From assembly GCA_964622645.1 (NCBI GenBank), contig CAZUSV010000005.1, positions 1,122-65,121 of the forward strand: a stretch of 64,000 bases of DNA. Reading direction: 5' to 3'. Source of the stretch: an uncultured Anaerolineales bacterium (GTDB lineage Bacteria; Chloroflexota; Anaerolineae; Anaerolineales; UBA11858). The position numbers and the translations under genes were made by a program. The notes beneath the pieces were generated by a model. That model worked only from the letters and a program-made list of their open reading frames with translations, was not told the origin of the DNA and did not search any database. Shown here in pieces: positions 17,320 to 26,410 of this stretch (position 1 is its first letter; each line of letters begins with the position of its first letter).

Positions 17320-18717
17320 TTATTTCAAATATACATGATAGACAACAAACGCCATGAGACCAAGGGCAGCCAATACAACGGATGCAACGAAGGCTATAGT
17401 GTTGCCAATCACTACCGAAAAAACCGCAACAACAGCGGCTATGATCCCAACTATTATGAAGAATTGCAGCAACCGCTGATTTTGGATTGTTTTGATTCTC
17501 GATTGGATTTGAATACTGACCGCTTTCAAACGATGATTATCATGGGATTCCTGGTATTGGTTGAATATGTTCAATACAGTTTGCAGCTCACTAATTTTGC
17601 TGCTAGTGTTGATCACAATTTCGTGTTCTTTTATTAGCTTCAATACGGTATCATTTTTCCCCTCTAAGCTGCTAAGCTCATCCCTGAAAGATTGTAGCGT
17701 GTGAGAGATATCTCCCCCATCCTGCCATCCGCTTTCTAAAGAAAAAAGAATTTCAGAAGCTTCATTAATATTTATCCGAGCTTCTTTTGTGCCCAGGATC
17801 CCTTTTATATCGTTGATTCTTCCCCGCAAGACATACATGATGTTGTCTATTGCTCTCTGTATTGGGAGCTGCATCTGTTCAAGGGTTGGATGTGATGAAC
17901 CATATTTGACCAATAGGGCATCCAACTCGGCCCCGGCTTCATTAACCAACTGCGAGTTGATTGGGCGTTGAAATAATTTCTCTTGGATTTGTTCAAGTTT
18001 TGTTTGAAAATCGCGGTACTCAACCAGCTTATCCTGGTGAAGGGCCAACCCCGACGCTGAAAACGCCACTTGAATCTTTTGGAGGGCTTCGTCAAGATTT
18101 CCGGCTTGAAAAGCCTTGAAGCCCTGATTGTAGATCTCATGCGCATCTATCAAGGCCTGGACTTCGTTCTCGAATTCGTGGCCTTCCTGGAATTTGCTGA
18201 TGCCAGCAGCTTGTAGGATCTTTTTAACCTCTTCGTAATAAGCCAAAGCCCGTTCGAACTCCATCACGCCGGCAGCCGAACGGGCTTTGCCGTACAGTAC
18301 GGCTGCCTCTGCTGGAAGGGCGATCTCGGGGATATTCCCGGTTTGTAAATATTCCTTAGCTAGCTGGTAGTGTTCTTCGGCACGTAGCCAGTTAGGTTTA
18401 ACCATCAACACCTGTTCGTACAGCTGAATCGCGTCCTTATATTTCCCATCATAAAAGGCCGCCTCCGCCTGATTCATCAAAGCATCTGCCTGGGGATCTC
18501 GGGTTGCTTTGATATCATCGATTTTGGCGCGTAGTTGTTTACGGAGTACCCGCAAGCGATTTTGATCCTCCAAATCCCACTGGCTATAGATGTTCATCAT
18601 AATAGCTTCTACTTCTTGTTCCAGGCTTTCCAGTTCAGTCAAAACAGGATTTGCAGCTTGTAATCCTTGTGAAACCCTGTTTTCCAGATCGTCAAGGATG
18701 AGGTTATTCGCACTCAA
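17320..18717 (-). CDS. TPR/coiled-coil protein with C-terminal TM hairpin (paralog B)
   Basis: TTG start with a GAGGAG RBS. Begins MSANNLILDDLENRV and has the same TPR core and TM hairpin as paralog A. Confidence 0.88.
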   Translation of the reverse strand: MSANNLILDDLENRVSQGLQAANPVLTELESLEQEVEAIMMNIYSQWDLEDQNRLRVLRKQLRAKIDDIKATRDPQADALMNQAEAAFYDGKYKDAIQLYEQVLMVKPNWLRAEEHYQLAKEYLQTGNIPEIALPAEAAVLYGKARSAAGVMEFERALAYYEEVKKILQAAGISKFQEGHEFENEVQALIDAHEIYNQGFKAFQAGNLDEALQKIQVAFSASGLALHQDKLVEYRDFQTKLEQIQEKLFQRPINSQLVNEAGAELDALLVKYGSSHPTLEQMQLPIQRAIDNIMYVLRGRINDIKGILGTKEARININEASEILFSLESGWQDGGDISHTLQSFRDELSSLEGKNDTVLKLIKEHEIVINTSSKISELQTVLNIFNQYQESHDNHRLKAVSIQIQSRIKTIQNQRLLQFFIIVGIIAAVVAVFSVVIGNTIAFVASVVLAALGLMAFVVYHVYLK

Positions 18718-18732
18718 AGATGACTCCTCATA

Positions 18733-20400
18733 CTACACAGCAAGCACACAACGGAAGCCCCAATATATGCGTTTGTGCCAAGGATTGATGCGGATGCGAG
18801 CCGTGCAGCGCAGCCATTTTTCTGGCTCATTATCAAACCACGACCCGCCCCGTACCACCCGTCCCAGATCATCGCCGGCCAAGTCATCACGACCGTCCGT
18901 TGTGCTATAGGGGTATTCGAAATCCCATTTCGTACTACATATCTCCCATACATTGCCAGCCATGTCAGCACAACCATATGGGCTATCCCCGCCCAATGTG
19001 GAGAATGTTCCAACAGAGGTCGTCAGGATTTCACGTCCTTCAGATGGCCGTGCTAATGCAGGGCTATTTTTCGAATTACAACAAGCAGGATCGAAGGTAT
19101 TCCCCCAAGGGTATCGAAAGCCTTTGTCACCGCGGGCAGCTTTCTCCCATTCGGCCTCCGTAGGCAAACGGTAGCGCTTATTACTCTTTTTCGCCAACCA
19201 TTGGCAGTAATCACGCGCATCATACCAGGAAATCTCCACAACAGGATGATTGTTTGTGTTTTGCGGGTATTTCCCATTTCGCCATCCAGCCGGAGAGGGC
19301 TTGCCTGTATCTTTCCTAAAATATTGGTATTCTGCATTCGTCACTGGATATTTGCCGATGTAATATTCAGGCAAGGAAATGGTATGCTGGGGTTTTTCAT
19401 GGGCATCCGCCAGGTTGTCATATGCCTCTGCTCCCATAAGGAACGTACCAGCCGGGATATGAACCAATTCAGGCTCATAATGCGCCTGTTGAATCTTCAA
19501 AGGGCTGGGTTCAGGCTGAATGTATTGCGTTGGGATTTTAATCGTCAGCTTAGGGCTGGGTTTGTTGGACAGAATAACAGTTTGGGCAGTACCCGCTGCA
19601 GGGCTTCCCAGAGCATCCCAGAAATCAACGACACTCTGAAATCGTCTATCCGGGTCGATATCCAATGCCTTTATAATGGCATTTGCAACTTGTAGGGAAA
19701 TTTGACCGTTCAGATCAAGTGGATTTGGTAAAGGTGTGCCTGCAAACCTGTCGGGGCTATCTGGGGGAACCGTATTGGTGAGTAGAGTAAAAGCCGTGGC
19801 TCCCAGGGCGTAAACGTCTGTGCGGATATCAGTGCGCCCCCGTCCATATTGTTCGATTGGCGCGTAGCCAGGTGTAGCGGCCATTGCTCCTAGCGTGGTC
19901 AACTGGCTTTTTTTATAAACTTTCGAGATTCCAAAATCAACTAGCACAGCCTGCCCTTCAGGAGTAATCTTGATATTTGCAGGTTTTATATCCCGATGAA
20001 CAATTGGAAGGGGCTGGTTATGCATATAGGTTAGTGCATTACATATTTGTTGTAACCACTCCAATACTTTTTTCTCTGGTAATGGCTTTTTTTCATCTTC
20101 CAACAAGGTTTCTAAATTGTCCCCTTCGATAAAATCCATCGCCAGATAACTGCCCTTTCCAGAAAGGGAAAAGAAATCAAAAACACGCGGCAAGCCAGGA
20201 TGTTTAAGATTGAAAAGAATTGAGGCTTCTTGCTCGAATTGCCGCTCTGCTTCTGGTGATGTGTCTAGGTTTTCTTTGATTGCACACGGCCCATGTAATT
20301 TTAAATCCATGGCAAGATATACAGCGCCAAATCCCCCTTGACTGAGCAATTCTTCTATGCGATAACGACCGTTTACTACTTGTCCCTGTTGAAGTGGCAT
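18733..20400 (-). CDS. Ser/Thr kinase fused to FGE-sulfatase (SUMF1) domain, no TM
   Basis: [37 protein letters not shown] and RGGSW...GFRC. Confidence 0.94.
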   Translation of the reverse strand: MPLQQGQVVNGRYRIEELLSQGGFGAVYLAMDLKLHGPCAIKENLDTSPEAERQFEQEASILFNLKHPGLPRVFDFFSLSGKGSYLAMDFIEGDNLETLLEDEKKPLPEKKVLEWLQQICNALTYMHNQPLPIVHRDIKPANIKITPEGQAVLVDFGISKVYKKSQLTTLGAMAATPGYAPIEQYGRGRTDIRTDVYALGATAFTLLTNTVPPDSPDRFAGTPLPNPLDLNGQISLQVANAIIKALDIDPDRRFQSVVDFWDALGSPAAGTAQTVILSNKPSPKLTIKIPTQYIQPEPSPLKIQQAHYEPELVHIPAGTFLMGAEAYDNLADAHEKPQHTISLPEYYIGKYPVTNAEYQYFRKDTGKPSPAGWRNGKYPQNTNNHPVVEISWYDARDYCQWLAKKSNKRYRLPTEAEWEKAARGDKGFRYPWGNTFDPACCNSKNSPALARPSEGREILTTSVGTFSTLGGDSPYGCADMAGNVWEICSTKWDFEYPYSTTDGRDDLAGDDLGRVVRGGSWFDNEPEKWLRCTARIRINPWHKRIYWGFRCVLAV

Positions 20401-20451
20401 TTTTGTATTATACGTTATTCAATACCAGGCGAGCATGAAGCGTCGAAACTG

Positions 20452-20853
20452 TCAAATGCTTTGCCCCAGCTTGAATAGACTGTGGCTGATAATCCATGTA
20501 ATCACCATAATAATCGAATAAACCAAAACAAATTCCTGAGCCAAATATCCATCATAAATAATATGATGATAAATCAATACGATTAAACCCACATGCACCC
20601 CATTTATTATAAAGAACAACCAAAGTCCTTCCCCAGGTGTGTTGGCGCGCTTATAAACCATCGGCCAAAAATAAACCGCACCAATGGCAGACAAACCATA
20701 TGCAAGAATCCCCAAGGTAAGTACAGGATAATCGAGAATTACAGGGACCAGAGAACCTGTCGATGTTCTCTTACTCACCCAAAAAAAAATTGTAACAATA
20801 TCAACGCTGAAACCTGTTACACCGAATACGATGTTGACAAACTTGTTTTCCAT
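20452..20853 (-). CDS. Small integral membrane protein (about 4 TM), unknown function
   Basis: 133 aa, strongly hydrophobic, co-oriented, with an AAGGA RBS. Confidence 0.7.
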   Translation of the reverse strand: MENKFVNIVFGVTGFSVDIVTIFFWVSKRTSTGSLVPVILDYPVLTLGILAYGLSAIGAVYFWPMVYKRANTPGEGLWLFFIINGVHVGLIVLIYHHIIYDGYLAQEFVLVYSIIMVITWIISHSLFKLGQSI

Positions 20854-20866
20854 TTCCTTATCCCAA

Positions 20867-22576
20867 TTATTCTATAAGTTTCTTCGTGATCGTCTCATAC
20901 AACTCCGAGAAATCAGATGCTTTATGTACCTGCGGAGTCAAAGTATTTATGTCTCTAATAACATCCACCAATCGATCAAAATTAGCACGGATTTCTGTAA
21001 GCAAATCAATATCCTTGTGGATGCCGGGTAAATTTGTAGGAGATACGCCTTGTAATTCTTTCTTTAGATTCTCGGTCCTTTTTTCCCAATATGTAATATA
21101 TTGCAATCGCTCTTCAGGTTTGAAAATTCGGGCATCTTCAAGTACGATAGGAAATATCCGATCTGCAAACTCACCATATCTGGCAACCAGTAACAGTTCA
21201 TACATACAATATTCTGATTTCAGGAATTCTTCGCTGATTACCAAGATTACACATTTTCCCTGACCGATAGTTTTCATGAAGGATTCTATCCGCCCCCTGT
21301 AACCCAGATCGCGCTTATCCCTTACAATAGTCACACCCCGGGACTGAAAAGCCTGATCCAATTCATTCACAATTTTTTCGCTCTCGCCACCCCAGGCATA
21401 AGAGATAAAAATTTCTTTTCCCAGTTTATGTTGATGGTCTTGGGCAATTGAGGATCGTTCTTCTGAGAACGAGGGTTCAAGTGGAATTGCAACAGACTGC
21501 TTCATTTCATATAAATCGGTTTGAGTAATCTCAAGGGAATCTGAAAATGCAAATCGATGTACTCGGCCCACTGACGAGGTAAAAAGAACAGTAATTCTTA
21601 CATCGTATCTACCCCGATCGTGAAATGCACCTAGCTTCTCAACCCGAGTCTGGCTCTTAGTTGACAACACATCCCCAAATTCCAGCTTTCGGTATATCTT
21701 TAGCGCTGGACAATACCAGATGACTTGTGTATCCAGGTAGGAAGCATGAGAAGATGGATTTCGAACAGTTATCTTCAGCGATAAAGATTTGCCAGCTACT
21801 ATGGTTTTGTTTGGGATATAGATCTCTGGTTTGGATAACCCCATTAGCCGATAGGCTCTCATCCGAAGTTGATTACTCTGTCCTTTTGGTATGGCTGGCT
21901 GTTGTTCTTGAGCATCTGCCATCCCCAGCAAGATGCTTGCTTGAATTTGTTCAAGGCCAGGCATATCGGCTACTTGATCTAAGGCGCGCCGGAAATTCTT
22001 ACTGGCTCTCTCCGGCTCACCTTCGATGAGAAAGGCCTGTCCGGCGCTGGCCCACAATCCCACATCTTCCAGAAAATCTAGATTTCTAACAAATTCTACA
22101 CGGAAGCCTTTCTTGATTGGTGGAATAAAGATGCCATACAAAATTGGAGCACCTGTAAAGCGAATCAATTCAAATCCCCGCAAGGGAATGCGTTTATTGC
22201 CAATAGTTCGAAAATCTGCGGGCAAAGACTGACCAAACCTGAATCTGGCGATCTCCATAAGTTCCTCATCCACGGTAGGCCACTTACGGATCGTGGAGCC
22301 GACTGGCAACACATCGATTCGACCGGTTCTGGTAATGGCTTGTGACGTATTATCCGCTTTTGGCAACCAAATATCCCCCGCATGAGTAGTAGTAGTAAAA
22401 CACTTTACGAAGGTGGGGCGATCAATGGCTCTCCCAATATAATATTCCCCCACATTGTAGAGTGAAACCATCTCAAGAACTTCTATGATGCCATCTTCGC
22501 TGACTTGGGAAATCAGCAAATAGCTAATATCTGAGTTTTGAATACCGAATAGGATCCGCCTATCTGTAATTTCCAC
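20867..22576 (-). CDS. TIR-domain protein (unknown N-terminal domain, TPR-like helices, Ig-like domain, C-terminal TIR)
   Basis: EIFISYAWGG...VRDKRDLGY...CVILVISEEFLKSEYCMYEL...IFPIVL is a TIR signature with the candidate catalytic Glu in CMYEL. Confidence 0.88.
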   Translation of the reverse strand: MEITDRRILFGIQNSDISYLLISQVSEDGIIEVLEMVSLYNVGEYYIGRAIDRPTFVKCFTTTTHAGDIWLPKADNTSQAITRTGRIDVLPVGSTIRKWPTVDEELMEIARFRFGQSLPADFRTIGNKRIPLRGFELIRFTGAPILYGIFIPPIKKGFRVEFVRNLDFLEDVGLWASAGQAFLIEGEPERASKNFRRALDQVADMPGLEQIQASILLGMADAQEQQPAIPKGQSNQLRMRAYRLMGLSKPEIYIPNKTIVAGKSLSLKITVRNPSSHASYLDTQVIWYCPALKIYRKLEFGDVLSTKSQTRVEKLGAFHDRGRYDVRITVLFTSSVGRVHRFAFSDSLEITQTDLYEMKQSVAIPLEPSFSEERSSIAQDHQHKLGKEIFISYAWGGESEKIVNELDQAFQSRGVTIVRDKRDLGYRGRIESFMKTIGQGKCVILVISEEFLKSEYCMYELLLVARYGEFADRIFPIVLEDARIFKPEERLQYITYWEKRTENLKKELQGVSPTNLPGIHKDIDLLTEIRANFDRLVDVIRDINTLTPQVHKASDFSELYETITKKLIE

Positions 22577-22605
22577 GATTTTCCCTGACTAAGGAAGCAT
22601 CCAAA

Positions 22606-24540
22606 CTAATTACAATGATCCTTTAATGTCTCCTGGGTGCCTAATTCGCCACCCAGCCAGGCAATGCCTACACTGATGATCCCTGCTATCCAGAATGTCG
22701 TAGAACCTGCAAATTCGATTCTAAATAATGCCTCAAAGATTATGGGCAGCCCCCAACCTAACAGAGCAGCAATAGGCAACAGGGATTTGTAAATCTTGAA
22801 ACGTTCGAAGGCGATAAATTGATTTGCCCAGGAATCACGAGATAACAAAATAACGAGTGAAATAAACCAGCTGCTTAATAACAACAACAATCCAGATGGG
22901 CCATGAACAAATTCAGTCGGGCCAGGAATGATGACATCTGGTGCCCCGAACACTTTGTTTGCCCATTCCTGTCCCAACCACCGGGATATTTGAATTAAAA
23001 TCCACTCCTGTCCAGGAAAGTTTAAAGGGGTTTTTGGTTTGAACCATGAGGAATACCAGGTCAAAAAGCCAGCGATGAATGCAAATAACCCTATGGTAAA
23101 CCATTTTTTAAACAAGAAATTTTGGTGTTGATTTTTTTCCGACCGAACCGTCAACAGGCTCAGCCAGATTGGGAAGGACGCATGAAATACAGTAGGTAAC
23201 GTTACCGGGGCAATACATGAAAGAATTCCAGCTCCATACCATTCAACTTTTTGTGCCCTGGATTGCTGGTAGAAAGCCATTAAAGATATTAGAAAATATA
23301 ATATGGCAGAAACGAATATCCTGCTGTCAGTAGGATCGCCGCGATAAAAAAACATCAAAAATCCTGCCACCAAACCAATTAAACCTAAACCCAAGAAGAG
23401 GAGAAAATCTCGAGAAAAATGGGTTTGTAACAAAAAAGGATCACCGTTTTTTCTATCCAACTGCTTTAGAAATACAGGCAGTATCAATAAGAATAACAAT
23501 GGCCAGAGTGATTGTACCAATTGAATCATCAAACCAACCCCAAACAGTCCTGCTGAAAAACGCCAAGTGTGCGCTGGGGATAGTTCGTACGAGTGATCGT
23601 AATCTTTTACACCGGGGATATCAATCTGGGCAGGTTTAGATAATCGCTTGATGAGGTAACAAATCAACGGATGTAGTTCTGGGCTTTCAATTCGCAGCAA
23701 GCGTTGCCGGAGGGTGTATCGAAGCCTCTCTTGAAACTCAATTTGCTTTCTCGCGGAACCGGTGACTTTGCGGTAAGCTGGCGAAGTAATTGGGAAACAT
23801 TCACCCGTGATGGCATAATACAGCAACGCATCAGCGCCGTACCAATCCAACATGCGTAGTTCCGACCAGGTAAGAGCACTGCGATTCTCTTCGTGCCAGT
23901 AATGCGGGCTGCTGAACCCTAAACTAGCACCTCGCCAGTCCTGATTACTATCCATATAAGATAATCCAAAGTCAATCAAACGGATGTCTCGAAAATCGAA
24001 ACTTCCATTGGATTTACGACGCACAAGAACATGGTCATCTTTTATATCCCCGTGAACCACTCCCATAAAGTGGAGCAGCCTGATTGCGTTATACAGAGAT
24101 TGATGTAAATTCAGGATTGTATCTGGTTCTAGCTGGAAGCCCTGGTCCAACAACTCGCCAAGATTTTTCCATTTTTCTCCTGGTAACCATTCGTATGCAA
24201 TAAATGAATGTCGATCTTCGTACCTGATGTGGCTGTCTAACCTAGGAACAATCTGAAGACCTGGCACAGGAATCCAAGTAATCCGGTTCAACCGAGCTAA
24301 AGCATCGGCTTCATTCTTCAGCAACACATTACCATCATTTTCGTGAGATCTTTTAACAATGACCAACTTATCCCGCCCAGCAGTCCTGACCGCCAACCAA
24401 ACCTCTGGCTTGGTTTGTTTCACGCGAGCATAACTTACAGTAGGTGTGTGCGGGGTGCTCTGACCAGATGGCAAAATCTGACGGCGAAAAGCATATTTCT
24501 TTCCCAATCCTGCTTGATATATAGGGAGTTCTGTAATCAT
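22606..24540 (-). CDS. Divergent Ser/Thr kinase with multi-pass membrane C-terminus
   Basis: VIVKR, VHGDIKDDHVL and LIDFGLS. No canonical Gly-rich loop. The C-terminal half has many TM helices. Start moved to ATG 24540, which gives an ATGA overlap with the upstream stop. Confidence 0.85.
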   Translation of the reverse strand: MITELPIYQAGLGKKYAFRRQILPSGQSTPHTPTVSYARVKQTKPEVWLAVRTAGRDKLVIVKRSHENDGNVLLKNEADALARLNRITWIPVPGLQIVPRLDSHIRYEDRHSFIAYEWLPGEKWKNLGELLDQGFQLEPDTILNLHQSLYNAIRLLHFMGVVHGDIKDDHVLVRRKSNGSFDFRDIRLIDFGLSYMDSNQDWRGASLGFSSPHYWHEENRSALTWSELRMLDWYGADALLYYAITGECFPITSPAYRKVTGSARKQIEFQERLRYTLRQRLLRIESPELHPLICYLIKRLSKPAQIDIPGVKDYDHSYELSPAHTWRFSAGLFGVGLMIQLVQSLWPLLFLLILPVFLKQLDRKNGDPFLLQTHFSRDFLLFLGLGLIGLVAGFLMFFYRGDPTDSRIFVSAILYFLISLMAFYQQSRAQKVEWYGAGILSCIAPVTLPTVFHASFPIWLSLLTVRSEKNQHQNFLFKKWFTIGLFAFIAGFLTWYSSWFKPKTPLNFPGQEWILIQISRWLGQEWANKVFGAPDVIIPGPTEFVHGPSGLLLLLSSWFISLVILLSRDSWANQFIAFERFKIYKSLLPIAALLGWGLPIIFEALFRIEFAGSTTFWIAGIISVGIAWLGGELGTQETLKDHCN

Positions 24541-25535
24541 GAGGCTTTCGTCACTTTTGCAATCAAGCTGCCAGGGACAACCCACTGTTGGTCTTCCTGG
24601 GTCCCAAACTTGGTTGGTACAATTCGTCCGAAAACCACTCTATTCTCAGGAAATACTGGCACCCAGCCATTCCTGGGAACCATTTCCCAGCGCGGGTCTT
24701 GGTACACCCAAGTTTCATGCCGGCCAACATTGCGAATATAAAGCAATGTAGCCTGATCTGTAGGATAATGAAGCAACACCAGCGATGCGTGTGGATAATC
24801 CACTAGTGGAAACATTTCCGGTTTGAGCAATCTATCAGGAAAAATTTGCGCTCTTCCGGGCTTGATATTCATTATGGCCCCAGGATTGGGATAGGTATCC
24901 GATTCGGGATGAATGAAAAAGTGGAGATCACGAGTGCCTATTGGTATGTGGTGATCAGGGAATCGAATCCAGAAAGGTTTTTTTTCTACAACCTGATCCA
25001 TCAGGTTCCACTTCTCCATTCGCTTTCTAAAGAACCCCCTCATCCGAAAACTTGGAAAATACAGATTTGCAAACAACCCTTGCGGAGCTTCACTTCCACC
25101 CAGAATGCAGCGCACAGCGATATCGATCTGGGGAAATTCCTCATTTAACACTCGTTGGCTGTGACGAAACTCGACAACACGTTCGTTGAGCCATATCCCC
25201 AATTGGCGGAGCAATTCATGGATGTTTGCTTGGCGGTATACATCTCGCATCCTATCACACGTAGACTGAAGAAAACACACATCTACCGGGAGTAGTTGAT
25301 CGTATAGCGTGGTCGAGGGAGTTTCTTCCCAATCCTTCAGAGCATCCAACAGCGTTTTCAATACCCACTGGTGAAATATCCATTCTCGGTCCACAGTTTT
25401 TGATCTGATCCTAAATGCGCGCAGGATGGTATCTACTATTGTGGAAGGACGTTTTTCTAAGCGACGAGGCCGGCTCCAGACCGTATAAGTTGGAAGGGAA
25501 CCAGTCCTCTGAGGAGTTTTTTCATGAACGATCAT
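24537..25535 (-). CDS. Protein with divergent C-terminal FHA-like domain
   Basis: KPGRAQIFPD...VDYPHASL...LYIRNVGRHETWV...VFPENRVVFG resembles an FHA fold. It is coupled to both neighbours. Confidence 0.6.
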   Translation of the reverse strand: MIVHEKTPQRTGSLPTYTVWSRPRRLEKRPSTIVDTILRAFRIRSKTVDREWIFHQWVLKTLLDALKDWEETPSTTLYDQLLPVDVCFLQSTCDRMRDVYRQANIHELLRQLGIWLNERVVEFRHSQRVLNEEFPQIDIAVRCILGGSEAPQGLFANLYFPSFRMRGFFRKRMEKWNLMDQVVEKKPFWIRFPDHHIPIGTRDLHFFIHPESDTYPNPGAIMNIKPGRAQIFPDRLLKPEMFPLVDYPHASLVLLHYPTDQATLLYIRNVGRHETWVYQDPRWEMVPRNGWVPVFPENRVVFGRIVPTKFGTQEDQQWVVPGSLIAKVTKAS

Positions 25536-26404
25536 GCTTGATACACAACTTTTCTAACTCCTTTGGAGCCACCAACGAAGATATCACCAGGTTGCAGTAA
25601 GAAAGTGTCCTCAGGTGACATTACCTCATCGCGCAAAGCAGCCTGGCAGAACATCCCCTGGGGGAGTTTCACAACTGGTGGTTTTCGATTGTTCAAAATA
25701 TCTCTCAGCTCATCGTACAAATCGGCGTACGGGCTCTGATGGGAAGACTCATCCCATAGGGCCAGTTCTGGTAGATGAATGAACTCGAATTCTGAAAGCC
25801 CAAGTGGAAAGCGATCCCCAGATTGCAGTGGAAAAGGCTGGTTGATATCCAAATAGTCAACCATCTCATGTTCTATACCATTGCGGCGAAACAGTGGAAT
25901 GGGTTGGCGGTTGGACATATTGGTGAGTTCGAATGTGGTGTCATCATAGGGCTTTGGAGACAACATGGCCCATTCAATATAGCGATGCGGCTGGCGCGCT
26001 ATTGATACAGAGATACCGGCAATATTCGGACCAGACTCAAAGCGTATACTGCGGTTTTTGTCCAACACATGAATTTTGACACCTTTTCCCTCACCGGTCG
26101 CGCGCTCAAACTGTTCCTCGATCAAGATGAAATCTCCAGAAGACATCTGCACCGAATGATTGAACACATGCACGATCTTGTCAAATATCGGAATTGTCAC
26201 AGGAGACTTTAACAGCTTTACTAACTTTTCGCCTCCCCAAAATGGGATAAAAGGTAAAAACAACCACGCGGGAGGGCATAATTTCGCAGCATCGTAAGCC
26301 TGGAAAAGCCGGTTGAAATATTTAGGTAAACCAAGGTAATACCGAAGCAGCATTACCCAAAGAAAAACAGAAATAGCAATAGCCAGCCAGAGATAGATCA
26401 TCAT
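25532..26404 (-). CDS. Membrane-anchored protein with possible degenerate FHA-like domain
   Basis: N-terminal TM. FELTNMS...PLQSGDRFPLGLSEFEF and LQPGDIFVGG resemble FHA C-terminal strands. Confidence 0.55.
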   Translation of the reverse strand: MMIYLWLAIAISVFLWVMLLRYYLGLPKYFNRLFQAYDAAKLCPPAWLFLPFIPFWGGEKLVKLLKSPVTIPIFDKIVHVFNHSVQMSSGDFILIEEQFERATGEGKGVKIHVLDKNRSIRFESGPNIAGISVSIARQPHRYIEWAMLSPKPYDDTTFELTNMSNRQPIPLFRRNGIEHEMVDYLDINQPFPLQSGDRFPLGLSEFEFIHLPELALWDESSHQSPYADLYDELRDILNNRKPPVVKLPQGMFCQAALRDEVMSPEDTFLLQPGDIFVGGSKGVRKVVYQA

Positions 26405-26410
26405 TACACC

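Noticed and set aside
20781-20789. A9 homopolymer as a phase-variation tract
   Set aside because: It is in frame, encodes Ile-Phe-Phe-Trp in an AT-rich membrane gene, and shows no sign of a frameshift.
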